This document shows positions 25,538 to 38,304 of a DNA stretch of 64,000 nt, in pieces. Each line of letters begins with the position of its first letter. Position 1 is the stretch's first letter. The translations under genes were made by a program, and so were the position numbers. Source of the stretch: Octopus bimaculoides (taxonomy: Eukaryota); assembly GCF_001194135.2 (NCBI RefSeq), contig NC_069002.1, forward strand, positions 28,838,831 to 28,902,830, read 5' to 3'. Below the pieces are notes generated by a model, which was not told the origin of the DNA, searched no databases, and was given only the letters and a program-made list of their open reading frames with translations.

Positions 25538-25836
25538 TCATGTATGTGTGCGTGTATTTGTATATATATGTATGTACATATATATGCATACATAGATATA
25601 TATATATATATACATATATGCATACATACATAGATATATATATATNNNNNNNNNNNNNNNNNNNNNNNNNNNNNNNNNNNNNNNNNNNNNNNNNNNNNNN
25701 NNNNNNNNNNNNNNNNNNNNNNNNNNNNNNNNNNNNNNNNNNNNNATATATATATATATATATGCATATGCATGTATATATATATGTGTATATATATATG
25801 CATATGCATATACATGTATATATATATATGCATATG

Positions 25837-25967
<131 letters not shown>

Positions 25968-26128
25968 TTATATATATGTATATATATATAATTTTATTCA
26001 GTCAGGAATTTCTCTGCATGAATTATACACAAAAACATAATGCACATATACGTGCGGGCGCACACCAACGCACACACGAGTGAGTAAACAAACGAACGAG
26101 AATTACCTGTATTTCAAACCAGTTTGAT

Positions 26129-26223
26129 TCTGCATTACTGAAAGTTTCGTGGGCGTCAGACACGCCCATCTCATATGATGACGTGTGTGTGTGTGACGCC
26201 TCCGAAACTTCAAATAATGCGGA
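26129..26223. repeat. Imperfect fold-back with ~35-bp arms
   Basis: TCTGCATTACTGAAAGTTTCGTGGGCGTCA is complementary to TGACGCCTCCGAAACTTCAAATAATGCGGA with about 6-7 mismatches. Confidence 0.75.
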
Positions 26224-26485
26224 GTTGAACATCTTGCTACACACACACACACACACACACGTATATACATGTATATACATACATGCAAGCACGCATGTAC
26301 ATGAACGAGTCGGAGCGCCTGCGTCTGTGTGTGTGTGTTCCAGTTCGTAACACCATGCATCACTCGCTCAAAGTGCAATATATACTGAGTTTGAACCAGG
26401 CTTTTTACGATTGTGAAATGAATGTCTTAACTATTCCGTCCATTCTTGCACTAATAGGTCGTACATACACGCATGCATGCACGCA

Positions 26486-26521
<36 letters not shown>

Positions 26522-26587
26522 TATACTCTCGCACGAACATATACATGGACACATATGCATATATACATGCATGCGTACATGTATGTA

Positions 26588-26619
<32 letters not shown>

Positions 26620-26656
26620 AATGCATACATACAAGCATAAGCGCAGACACGCAGAC

Positions 26657-26709
<53 letters not shown>

Positions 26710-26710
<1 letters not shown>

Positions 26711-27920
26711 TAGCAGAAATACCCGGCTTTGCCCGGGTTAAAGAGAATAATGAAATCTAAAAACGCCGTCTAGACTACGCAACCCTCAACTGTTAGTAGC
26801 TACGATACCATATTTCTACATTAATAACTCTCCAATCCATGCCAGCATGGAACATAGACATTAAGTGGAATGCCAGTCTCTCATCCAGGAGGGCCTTGAA
26901 ATCAATGTTACCAACTGGGGACTATGTGTGTCGTAGTGATAATAAAAAGACCCAAAGGAGGTCTGCAACGAAATAATTTTACTCAACACTTTGCAAGTGA
27001 ATCAGTGGAGGCAAAGATGCGTCTCATTTACTTNNNNNNNNNNNNNNNNNNNNNNNNNNNNNNNNNNNNNNNNNNNNNNNNNNNNNNNNNNNNNNNNNNN
27101 NNNNNNNNNNNNNNNNNNNNNNNNNNNNNNNNNNNNNNNNNNNNNNNNNNNNNNNNNNNNNNNNNNNNNNNNNNNNNNNNNNNNNNNNNNNNNNNNNNNN
27201 NNNNNNNNNNNNNNNNNNNNNNNNNNNNNNNNNNNNNNNNNNNNNNNNNNNNNNNNNNNNNNNNNNNNNNNNNNNNNNNNNNNNNNNNNNNNNNNNNNNN
27301 NNNNNNNNNNNNNNNNNNNNNNNNNNNNNNNNNNNNNNNNNNNNNNNNNNNNNNNNNNNNNNNNNNNNNNNNNNNNNNNNNNNNNNNNNNNNNNNNNNNN
27401 NNNNNNNNNNNNNNNNNNNNNNNNNNNNNNNNNNNNNNNNNNNNNNNNNNNNNNNNNNNNNNNNNNNNNNNNNNNNNNNNNNNNNNNNNNNNNNNNNNNN
27501 NNNNNNNNNNNNNNNNNNNNNNNNNNNNNNNNNNNNNNNNNNNNNNNNNNNNNNNNNNNNNNNNNNNNNNNNNNNNNNNNNNNNNNNNNNNNNNNNNNNN
27601 NNNNNNNNNNNNNNNNNNNNNNNNNNNNNNNNNNNNNNNNNNNNNNNNNNNNNNNNNNNNNNNNNNNNNNNNNNNNNNNNNNNNNNNNNNNNNNNNNNNN
27701 NGTTTCATTCTTAAAGTGAAAGTATTTGACATGAGTGTTTTTGTTTCACTTTTGACACGTAATACTTAAATAGTGGAGGAGATATTATGTTGCCGTGGGC
27801 TCGAACTCTGCAAGAAGTTAAAAAAATTTTTGACTAAAACACAACTGGAACCCTAAGTAAGGCATCTGTAAAATTTGAATGAAATTGGTTGCGTAGTTCT
27901 TGAGTTTTAGGGATTCACAC

Positions 27921-27959
<39 letters not shown>

Positions 27960-27990
27960 CACATTCTCATTTATATATATATATATATAT
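26710..27990 (-). mobile_element. Non-autonomous Helitron (spans a gap)
   Basis: Minus-strand 3' end has hairpin ACCCGG...CCGGGT (26721-26738), then 7 nt, then CTAG|T. The 5' region reads TATATAAATGAGAATGTGTGTCTGTCTG, typical of Helitron/DINE-like starts. Confidence 0.65.
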
Positions 27991-28933
27991 ATATACATAC
28001 ATACATGCACACAAACATACATATATACATTCATGCATAAATGCACACACGTATGTATAACAGTATGAGAGGGAGAAAAGAAACGAGGAAATGTTTGAGC
28101 AGGTGTGCATGTGTGTGTCCATACCTGTGTGTGTATGCACTCGAGTGTGTATATGTGCAATCATTTATAATTAAGAACGATAAATGCCGTTTGTTAAAGT
28201 CTAATTGCGGGTCGAAATATGATGTTCAAACTAATTAATTCTCGCTAATTAACGATAGTGAAATGTGATCTGGTTGTGTTGTACGGAAGACCAATGGACC
28301 CCAGGAACTAATCCACGGTATTGTCACACATTTGGACTGGTTTCATTACTATATGCTGGTGCAGGAGTACACAGCCTTTCAAGGGAGGTAGTCGGTTTAT
28401 AGCGATCCCTGTAATTTGTGAGACACTTATTGTTTCGATCACTATCGAATGGCTAAGTCCAACTAAGAGACACGACTCATCAGAATAAGCGCAAGGTATT
28501 TTTGTCCAACGCACCGATTCAACAGAAATCAATCACCGAGACACGCACGAGCGCGCACGCACGCACACACACATACATACATACATACACGCACATACTC
28601 TCTCTCTCTCTCACACACACGCACGTACATATGCACGCAAATATTCACATATAGATACATGCAGGCAACCACACACGTAGATACTCATCTGAAAATCCAC
28701 TGAAGATCATACACTCGGGTACATGAAACAATGTAAATAACAGCTGGTAACCATGGACACGGTGCTCTGCGAGAATTTCTGCGAGGCTGTATTGAGTACC
28801 TTCGGTGTTACAAAAGTGATAGAGTGGCCAACAATACTCTTTTCATCCCTACTCGTATCTATCTATGTTTCAAGCTATACATATATGTATATGTATGTAT
28901 GTATATATATATATATATATATTTATGTATTTT

Positions 28934-28999
28934 AAAATAACGTTGACCACTAACGTGGACAATTAATGTGCTAGAAATAGATCACATCTTGTGTCTATT
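28934..28999. repeat. Single-arm copy of the 3451-3565 palindrome
   Basis: 28934-28996 is identical to 3453-3515 (63 bp). Confidence 0.9.
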
Positions 29000-29304
29000 A
29001 AGACCTAAATTGCTCTCAACATGAAATATAGCAGCATACCAAAACGTAAGGGGGCAAGACATTAAAATCACCTAAAAAACATTATTAAACAGGTACCGGT
29101 TTCGGATTTAACAAATATTACCGATTGTCCATTCCTCTTCAGCCTGATTTGTAATGTAACCGCAATCATCAGAATCGTATATATATATATATATATATAA
29201 CACACTCAAAAATACATACACACACATATATGCATATATAAATGTACAATAGATAGATATGTATATGTATATATACGTGTGTATATATATGTATATTTAT
29301 ATAT

Positions 29305-29337
<33 letters not shown>

Positions 29338-29414
29338 AGGTTGTTTGTTATGGCCGGTCAAAGAGTGACCGTTGGTTTCACATCTATATATTCTACTGCT
29401 CTAGTGATTTAGAG

Positions 29415-29763
29415 CAGTTGTTCTTAATCTGGAGGGCGCGATCCACTGGGGGGGGGGCGTCAGTAACTTCCAAGTGGGGCGCGAGCCCTTGAGAAAAAGC
29501 AATAATTTCTCGAATTATATTTGTCATTCTCTTAACGAGAACCATCATCAAATAATGAGAAGTTTATGAAAAGCAAAAGTATCGCCTTATACCATTAGTT
29601 TTTTCATTCTACTATCTTAGCACCGCTTAACATTTTCTGTATTTAGTAACCCCCTCTTCAAATTCCTCAAAACCCTTACTAATTCTGAATTGTAGCTTTA
29701 ACATTTGCCTTCATTTTGTAATTTTCTTTTTCGTTACAACAAGACTCAGGTTAAGAACCACTG
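29415..29763. mobile_element. hAT (Buster/Charlie-type) MITE
   Basis: TIRs CAGTTGTTCTTAATCTG / CAGGTTAAGAACCACTG; decayed 8-bp TSD ATTTAGAG/GTATAAAG. Confidence 0.75.
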
Positions 29764-30729
29764 GTATAAAGCTTAGATACCATCGCGTAAAGACATGCAT
29801 CTTTTTCAGTTAATAGATTATAAACAAGTTTGATCCACAATTTTCATATATATGAACTGATGTAATTCTTAAAAATCAAAAGACATGCTGAAACATTGAA
29901 TCATTATAGTAACATACTAAGAAATATTAACTTAATTTTAAAAACCTGAAAACTATTTTAAGATTTTAGTAAGATGAAAAGTATGATATATTTTTAGATA
30001 GGAAATAAAACAAAAGGTATGTAATAGGTTCTACATCGCTCAATTTAATAAAGTCTCAAAAAAATTAAAACACAGATTGGAAAAATTATAATTTTAACAA
30101 TAAAACCAAAATTTTTAATATTAAATGTTTATGTTAAATNNNNNNNNNNNNNNNNNNNNNNNNNNNNNNNNNNNNNNNNNNNNNNNNNNNNNNNNNNNNN
30201 NNNNNNNNNNNNNNNNNNNNNNNNNNNNNNNNNNNNNNNNNNNNNNNNNNNNNNNNNNNNNNNNNNNNNNNNNNNNNNNNNNNNNNNNNNNNNNNNNNNN
30301 NNNNNNNNNNNNNNNNNNNNNNNNNNNNNNNNNNNNNNNNNNNNNNNNNNNNNNNNNNNNNNNNNNNNNNNNNNNNNNNNNNNNNNNNNNNNNNNNNNNN
30401 NNNNNNNNNNNNNNAAAATTCACCTTTAAATATTACAAAATGTTCTAGGTAAAACTAGAAGCTATGCAATATTTTTTCTTTTTTAAAGAAGCTTTTTTTT
30501 TTATATTGTCGTACAAATAAATATATTTTATTGTACAAATTTTTCGTAAAACTTATCTTTTAATTTAATTTTTATTTCAAATGTTTTTGTTTTAACTTTT
30601 TTCAGAACTTTTTACTCCAAGCGTTCTAACTTGGGCTGGCTTTTTAACTTGGGCCTTAACATTACCTTACAGGTGCCTTATCCTTTGTTCACATATTTAT
30701 GTTGTCCACTGCACATCAAATAATTCGCA

Positions 30730-32471
30730 ATGAGTGCAAAGAAACGGAAGTATCTTGACGAACATAATCGATTTAGATTCATATCCCTCCAAAAGGGTGA
30801 CACAGAAGTCCCCCAATGTGCGATACGTTACAAAACTTTGAGCATTGATGGAATGTGACCCTCACGCTTGGAACGCCACTTGAGGACAACATATCCTGCT
30901 CTTGCAGACAAGCCCAAGGTATTCTTTGAAACAAAAAGACATTCCTTGAAGCAAGCTAAGTTGGATGGTGGTAGGATATTTCGGCAACAAACTTCAATGA
31001 TTGTTGAGGCTTCCTATGAGATCGCCATATTAATTGCAAAGAGCAAGGAGAGCCATAACATCGGAGAGTCTCTCATAAAACCAAATCTACTGAGTGTAGC
31101 GGAACTCGTTCTGCGGAAAGACAGTGCAAACAAACTTTCCCAGATTTCACTAACAAACGATACAGTCAAGACAAGGACCGACGACTTGTCTCAAGACATC
31201 AAAGATCAGATTCTCGACCAGGTAAGAGATTCTCCTGTTTTTACCATCCAGTGTGACGAAACGACTGACATCGCTCAATGTTCTCAGCTACTGGTATATG
31301 CTTGTTTTGTGTCAGGCAATTGTGTAAAAGAGGAAATGTTGTTCTGTCACCCTATGGATAGTTGTACAACAGCAACAGTTATTTTTCAGGGTGTATCAAT
31401 TTTCTTTCAGGAAAACCAACTTTCATGAGATTCGCTGGTAGGGGTGTGCACTGATGGAGCTCCAGCTATGCTTGGTCTGCAATCTGGATTCATTACTAAG
31501 GTGAAAGAAAAAACCCATCTGTTGTAGGTACCCACTGCATACTTCATCATGAACCCTTAGCATCCAGGACCTCACCTACTGAAATGAGAAATGTCCTGAA
31601 CTTGGCTATCAAAGTTGTCAACTTTGTTAAAGGTGGAGCCTGAAACAGTCGTCTTTTCAAACTGTTGTGTAAAGATATGGAATCTGAACATGATGCTTTT
31701 TCACACGAACGTACGATGGCTATGAAAGGGGAACATGTTTGGACCGCTTTATGAACTACGCTTTATGAAGTAGCAATATTTCTAGATTTTCTGCAGAAGG
31801 CAGATCTCCATGACAAGTTCAGCTATCTCTAGCTTACCTGGTGGACATCTTCGAAGCGTTGAATGCTCTCGACCTTAAACTACAAGGGGAAAACAACATT
31901 CTCACGCACCGCGACACCATTCGGACATTCATGGCCAAATTCGACCTCTGGAAATGTCGAATTCAGCAGGGGGAAATACAGCTAGTTATAGTTACTTGGA
32001 TTCTGCTCTCATTCACGGTAGCCTTGGTTCCGAGTTAAAGAAACAAATAACCACTCATCTAATTGACTTGGAAACAGAATTCATCAGATACTTCCCAGAT
32101 ATGGATGAAAAGCGGGAAGCCTGAAAATTCCTCAGGAACCCATTTCAGTGTGAAGTGACTCCCGTTTTGGATGAAGTGCAAGAGGATTTTCTTGAGCTGA
32201 AGCCCAACTCCCCAGCTAAGGGAGACTTCAAAGAACTGGATCTTGAAACGTTCTGGATCAAGTACCTTCCTGTTTACCCTCTGATCTCACATCAGGCCCT
32301 TCGGATTTTAGCGGCTTGGATCCACGTATCTTTGTGAGGCTGCATTTTCCACGGTCGTTGCTGTACAGGAACAGGTTGAACGTTGAAAGGGACTTACGTT
32401 GTGCACTGTCTGGCATTCAACCACGCATTCAAGATCTTGCAGCCAAGAAGCAGTGCTAAGTATCTCACTAA
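30730..32471 (+). pseudogene. Buster/Charlie-family hAT transposase pseudogene
   Basis: MSAKKRKY..., PQC zinc-finger remnant, SHNIGESLIKP, IQCDETTDIAQ, GVCTDGAPAM, HCILH, C-terminal IQPRIQDL; multiple stops and frameshifts. Confidence 0.9.
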
Positions 32472-32825
32472 TAATGTGACCAGTTCATATTCGATGAAAA
32501 AAAGTTCTTTTTTTTTTTGCTCAGAAGCAGTGTCAAGTAACTCACTTTCTGTATAATGTGATTATATTTATAAAATTATACATGCTTTGTNNNNNNNNNN
32601 NNNNNNNNNNNNNNNNNNNNNNNNNNNNNNNNNNNNNNNNNNNNNNNNNNNNNNNNNNNNNNNNNNNNNNNNNNNNNNNNNNNNNNNNNNNNNNNNNNNN
32701 NNNNNNNNNNNNNNNNNNNNNNNNNNNNNNNNNNNNNNNNNNNNNNNNNNNNNNNNNNNNNNNNNNNNNNNNNNNNNNNNNNNNNNNNNNNNNNNNNNNN
32801 NNNNNNNNNNAATATTCTACTCTAA

Positions 32826-33280
32826 GGCGGCGAACTGGCAGAAACGTTAGCACGCCGGGCGAAATGCTTAACGGTATTTCATCTGTCTTCACGTTCCGAG
32901 TTCAGATTCCGCCAAGGTTGACTTTGCCTTTCATCCTTTCGGGATCGATAAATTAAGTACCAGTTGCGTACTGGGGTCGATCTAATCGACTGGCCCCCTC
33001 CCCAAAATTTCGGGCCTTGTACCTAGAGTAGAAAAGATGACCCCAGTACGCAACTGGTACTTAATTTATCGACCCCGAAAAGATGAAATGTAAAGTCGAC
33101 CACGGCGGAATTTGAACTCAGAACGTACCAACGGGCGAAATACCGTTAAGCATTTCGCCCAACGTTAGCACACCGGGCGAAATCCTCAACGGTATTTCGT
33201 TCGCCGCAATGTTCTGAGTTCAAATTCCGCCGAGGTCGACTTTGTCTTTCATCCTTTCGGGGTCGATTAATTAAGTAAGC
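32826..33280. mobile_element. Three family-B SINE copies in +/-/+ orientation
   Basis: Full plus copy 32826-33037, minus partial 33038-33165, plus partial 33163-33280. Confidence 0.85.
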
Positions 33281-33582
33281 AATGAAATATTATCTCATCA
33301 AATGATATCAAGTTCTCCGTAAAACCGATTTATTTGGCAACTTTGGTTCAACAAGTCCCACAGTGTGAGTATAATAAAAGAATAAGAAGAGAGTGTAGAT
33401 GTTATTTAAATTATGCTGTGCACGTTTCCTCTGCGTGGCTATTTTCCTAATCCTTGTAAAAGAAATCGGAAGAGTGGTCCTCCAACCAGGCATTTCGTGA
33501 CACCCGTAAAGCCAAGACCTTTTCAGCACCTCCTCGTATAAGAACACGAGATGCCAAATGAATAAACGATTACGAACAACTC

Positions 33583-33735
33583 CATTAACTTACAGCTGTT
33601 TTTGCGATAAGATGCAGTGGACTCGTAGTTGGGTCATCATTTGAGAATATAATTACATTTATGCATATATATGTTACTCATGCACTCAACTATGAATTCG
33701 CTGCATCTTAGAGCAGAAACAGCTGTAAGCTAATG
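33583..33735. repeat. Fold-back with 52-bp arms (43/52 identical)
   Basis: 33583-33634 vs the reverse complement of 33684-33735. Confidence 0.85.
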
Positions 33736-34127
33736 AAATTCATAACATAACCCTTGTTTATTCCTTTGTCATCTTATTTTCTTATTTCCGCTTTGTACTT
33801 AACTAACGCTTCTTTCTGAAGCATACATGTATTGAGTTCCACACCAAGTTATTAGTCTTACAATGCCTAACCGAAATTTAAATATAACCACACGTGGACG
33901 GTTGGTGATGTTTATTTTTCCCTTCTTCACTAGGCTTTTTCCTTTCTCTTTTACGACGAAGAACCAAGCTAGAAACGTTAAAAACGCTATCCATTCACCA
34001 ATCGTCAAAGTAATATATAATTCTTCTGCACGTCCTCACGTTGGTTATTTTCTTTTTTCTCTTTTCGTTTTCTTCGTTTCATGAATTGTTTCTTCGTTGA
34101 ATTAACTATACATATGAATTTTTATGT

Positions 34128-34508
34128 TGTTGGCACTCCGTCGGTTACGACGACGAGTGTTCCAGTTCATCCGATCAACGGAACAGCCTGCTCATGAAAT
34201 TAACGTGTAAGTGGCTGAGCGCTCCACAGACACGTGTATCCTTAACGTAGTTCTCGGGGATATTCAGCGTGACGCAGTGTGACAAGGCTGACCCTTTGAA
34301 TTACAGGTACAACAGAAACAGAAAGAAAGAGTGAGAGAAAGTTGTGGGGAAATAGTACAGCAGGGTTCACAACCACCCCCTGCCGGAGCCTCGTGGAGCT
34401 TTAGGTGTTTTCGCTCAATAAACACTCACAACGCCCGGTCTGGGAATAGAAACCGTGATCCTAAGATCGCGAGTCCTCTACCCTAACCATTGGGCCATTT
34501 CGCCTCCA
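34128..34508 (-). mobile_element. tRNA-derived SINE (family A)
   Basis: Collinear with 91-472. Confidence 0.85.
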
Positions 34509-35254
34509 CGAATTTTTATATAAATAAGGATAAGCTCGTTATTTAAAATACCGATCATATCAAGTGGCCAGCATGGGAATATANNNNNNNNNNNNNNNNN
34601 NNNNNNNNNNNNNNNNNNNNNNNNNNNNNNNNNTATATATATGAATGTATGTATACATAAGCATTAGAATAGATAGATACATAATGTGACCTCGTTTTTC
34701 TGATTTTTAGATACCCAATTGTCTCCCCTGCTGACGACTAGGTGCAATAATTGTTGTGCCTGTGACACTTACGGAGACAGGAACACAGCTGTGATTTTGT
34801 CTCCAGACAATTACAGGAGAATTCTCGATCCTTGAGAAAACTCCGTTTCTGATTTAGAGCTCTTATTAAATACTGTGCCAGCCTCTCTGGAAGCGAATTT
34901 AATTTCAATAATTTATTTAACATAGCATTATTCGACGCCATCACGCGCGCGCCTGTGTGTGTGTGCGTGTGCGTGTGTGTGTGTATGTGTGTGTGTGTGA
35001 ATAGATATGCGAGAGTATGTTTGAGTGTATATACACACCTGTGTGAATGCCTATACAGCTATAGAGCGCATCCACAATTAATGGCTTGCAGAACGGCTTC
35101 TCATTCGCTATAGAATCTACCATAGATTTTCTTTTGTGCTGTGCTGTGCAAAGGGGTTAAATCCGGAAAATCCGTGGATACGAAGCGAACTTCTTAACTA
35201 CTGTTTTAAATTTATTTCTATAATTGTTCCTAATCTTAGCACTAGTGCAGCAGT

Positions 35255-36302
35255 TTTCTGGTACTTATTTTACCGGCCCTGAAAGAACGAAAGTAAAGTC
35301 AACCACGGCTTAGTTTGAACTTAGAATGTATAGACGGGAGAAATTCCACTAAGCGATTTCCCCGTCGTTTTGACTATTATGTCAGCTTCCCGCTTTACCA
35401 CAATGACAATAATTCTGTTATTGGCACAAGGCCTGAAATTTTAGAAAGGCGGCTATCCGATTAGATCCAATATTCAGCTACTACTTATGGCGTGCTAATG
35501 ATTCTACCAGCTCGCCGACATTACTGTAATATAAATAATAATGGTTTCAAATTTTGGCACACAAGGCCTCACACCGACCCCAGGACTCAACTGGTACTTA
35601 TTTTATCGATCCCGAAAGGATGAAAGCCAAAGTCGACCTCGGCAGAATTTGTAGGCAGAACGTTGCGGCAGACGAAACACCGCTAAGTATTTTGCTCGGT
35701 ATGCTAACAATTCTACCAAGCTTACCGCCTTCAGAAAAGTAATGTTTTCTATTAAAGGTACAAGGCCTGAAATTTTAGGGGTGGGGACTTATCCAGTACA
35801 TTGACCCCTGTGTTTGACTAGTATTTAATTTATTGACCTCGATTAGATTAAAGGCAAAGTCGGCCTCGGTGGAATTTGAACTCAGAACGTAAAGACGGAT
35901 GAAATACCACTGAGCGTTTTGTCCAGCGTGCAAACGATTCCGCCAGCTCACCGTCTTGATAATGATAATAATAATAGTTTCAAATTTTGCTTCAAGGGTA
36001 GCCATTTTGGAGTAGGGGATGAGTCGATTACATCGACCCCAGTGTTCAAATGGTACTTATCTTATCGACCCCGAAAGGATGAAAAGCATGGTCGGCTGAA
36101 TTTAAACTCAGAATGTAGCAACGGGCGAAATACCGCTAAGCATTTTGTCTAGTGTGCTAACAACTGTCAGCTCGCCGTCTTAATAATAATGATGATGATG
36201 ATGATGATGATGATGATAATAATGATCCTTTCTACCAAAGGTACAAAGCCTGAAATTTGTTGGGAGAAGACCAATCGATTACATTGACCTCATACTTGAC
36301 TG
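35255..36302 (-). mobile_element. Head-to-tail array of about six family-B SINE copies or fragments
   Basis: Copies start at about 35255, 35418, 35550, 35744, 35975 and 36225; all minus strand, with AAT-rich spacers. Confidence 0.8.
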
Positions 36303-36349
36303 GTATAATAATAATAGTAATTATTATTACTAATTATTATTATTATTAT

Positions 36350-36890
36350 TGAGTGAGAGAGCAGCGCATGCCATAAAAGTGACACTGGGGTAAAATATAC
36401 GAAGCCCAGTCCACCCATCATGACTACTCGTCTGATAAGGGTACACCAGGCACATACATCACGACCATATGTGCGCGACATGGTGATCCCATATCAAGAT
36501 AAACAGCGCATGACCTTGCAGGTAGGGCCCAGTTAGAATTTTCTTCAGATCGAGTAGCCCATCCTACTCAAAAGGTCCCTGAATAAGGGTTGTTTGAGGA
36601 TGTTGAACGAAACATCCACATTTCCAAAGGTGAATTATCCAGACCCCAAAGAATTCCTCTCAACACATAGATATGATGCTCCCCCACTACTTCTGCTCAT
36701 GATCAGAGATGCACATATCGTCAGCCACCAAGGGACATGCTCAACTGGTTAAGCAAATCTGTGGTATTAAGCAGAACATTTGCTGTAACCCATCTTTTAT
36801 ACCAAGACAAAACAATGTACATGATAACACTTCCAAACAGTTAAGATTAGAAGCCATGAGAGCCACTGCCTGGTTGCCAGCTCGCCACCT
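36350..36890 (-). mobile_element. Unclassified non-coding retroelement-like insert flanked by (TAA)n
   Basis: About 540 bp of higher-GC sequence between (ATT)n at 36303-36350 and (AAT)n at 36893-36920; no coding motif recognised. Confidence 0.45.
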
Positions 36891-37084
36891 TAATAATGAT
36901 AATAATAATGATAATAATAATAAATGCCCCGATGCAGTATCAGACAGAGGTTCTCATGAATGTGAACCGTTTCTATCACTCATACAAGAGACGCAAAGGA
37001 GAAATTTTTACAGCTAGGGCCAAAGAGAACCACTTGACAAAAGGCAAATAAGCTCTTGAACAAGCTGAAGTATGTATCCTGTTG

Positions 37085-37755
37085 AGCCGGGGATGATCTG
37101 GTTCCTCTGCCACGACCATTTGCACAACACCCAAAACAACAAGTGATGTCCTACGTATCATGGAAACCAAGTTTCCCCAACTGTGATGGTCTTTGGGTGT
37201 GTCTCCAGTGATGTTGACGTCACACCGTCCCAAATCTTTGGACTGGATCTTAGGGTTAATTAAGACAGCTATGTGAAGCTGATGGAGACTGTGGTAAATC
37301 TCTGGGTGGTGAGGGTTGCTGCTGGAAAGCCGTGTATGTGGCAGCAGGATTCGGCTCCGTGTCATAACTCCGGAAAGAATCAGAAATTGCTATCCGAGAA
37401 TTACTACGACTTTACCAGCCCCTAGATGGGGCCTCCTGACTTCTCCAGTTATTTTCACATCAATTATTAGGAATGGGACGCAGTTGAGAAAGACACCAAC
37501 CGCTTTATCTGCAAAACCAAGGCCGAACTGGTGGCCAAGATCAAAGAGGTGTTCGAAGATCTCAGAAACACTGTGAAGGACGCATGCACCAGGTTCCGGA
37601 ACCGTCTTAAGGTCATTGTGGAAAATATCTCCCAGCCATAATCCAGTTGATATTTTTGATTCTTTTTTTAAATACTTTTATTTCTTAATGGGATGTTGCA
37701 TTTCTTTTTTTTTTTTCTTTTTATGCAAACCGTCAAATTTATCCCGAACACCCTG
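37085..37755 (+). mobile_element. maT/DD37D-like Tc1-mariner, 3' part with TIR
   Basis: TVMVFGCVSSD, WQQDSAPCH, WDAVEKDTN...KAELVAKIKE; ends CACCCTG|TA; decayed. Confidence 0.7.
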
Positions 37756-38253
37756 TATACATCTAAGATGCAGTATAGGATCACCTCTTCTGACTTAAAA
37801 TTTATTTTATTCTCTCCACCAACGAGAAACAAAATCAAAGTTCATCAGGTCGAGATTTGATCTCAAATTGTTAGGATCCATCATACAGCTCGGTAGCAGT
37901 TTTGCCCGACCCAACCTCGCAATGCTTCGGTATGTAAGTGTCTTTCTTCCATGTGTTTACTTAATGTTATAAGTGAAGATAACCGTATCTAATGAGAATA
38001 ACAGTGACAATAGTTACAGACATAACTGAAGAGGTGTCTAATCTAGATACACCTCTCACACGTTTCATGGGAGAGGTGTTGTGGTATAAAGTTCTATGTT
38101 CAAGCATTCATAAACATATAAAAACTATGTTATACAGACACACAGCTCACCTATATTTTATATGCACACACATACAGATATGTATGAGCTTACATCATTT
38201 ATGTATATGTCTGCACGTGTGTGTATGTGTGTGTTAAGACACAATGTCAACAT

Positions 38254-38304
<51 letters not shown>

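Noticed and set aside
28430-28485. Minus-strand CUGAUGA...GAAAC hammerhead-like spacing
   Set aside because: Stem II does not close next to GAAA, and the region is better explained as a degraded SINE.
30730-32471. Domesticated Buster-derived gene (ZBED/SCAND3-like)
   Set aside because: Multiple in-frame stops and frameshifts.
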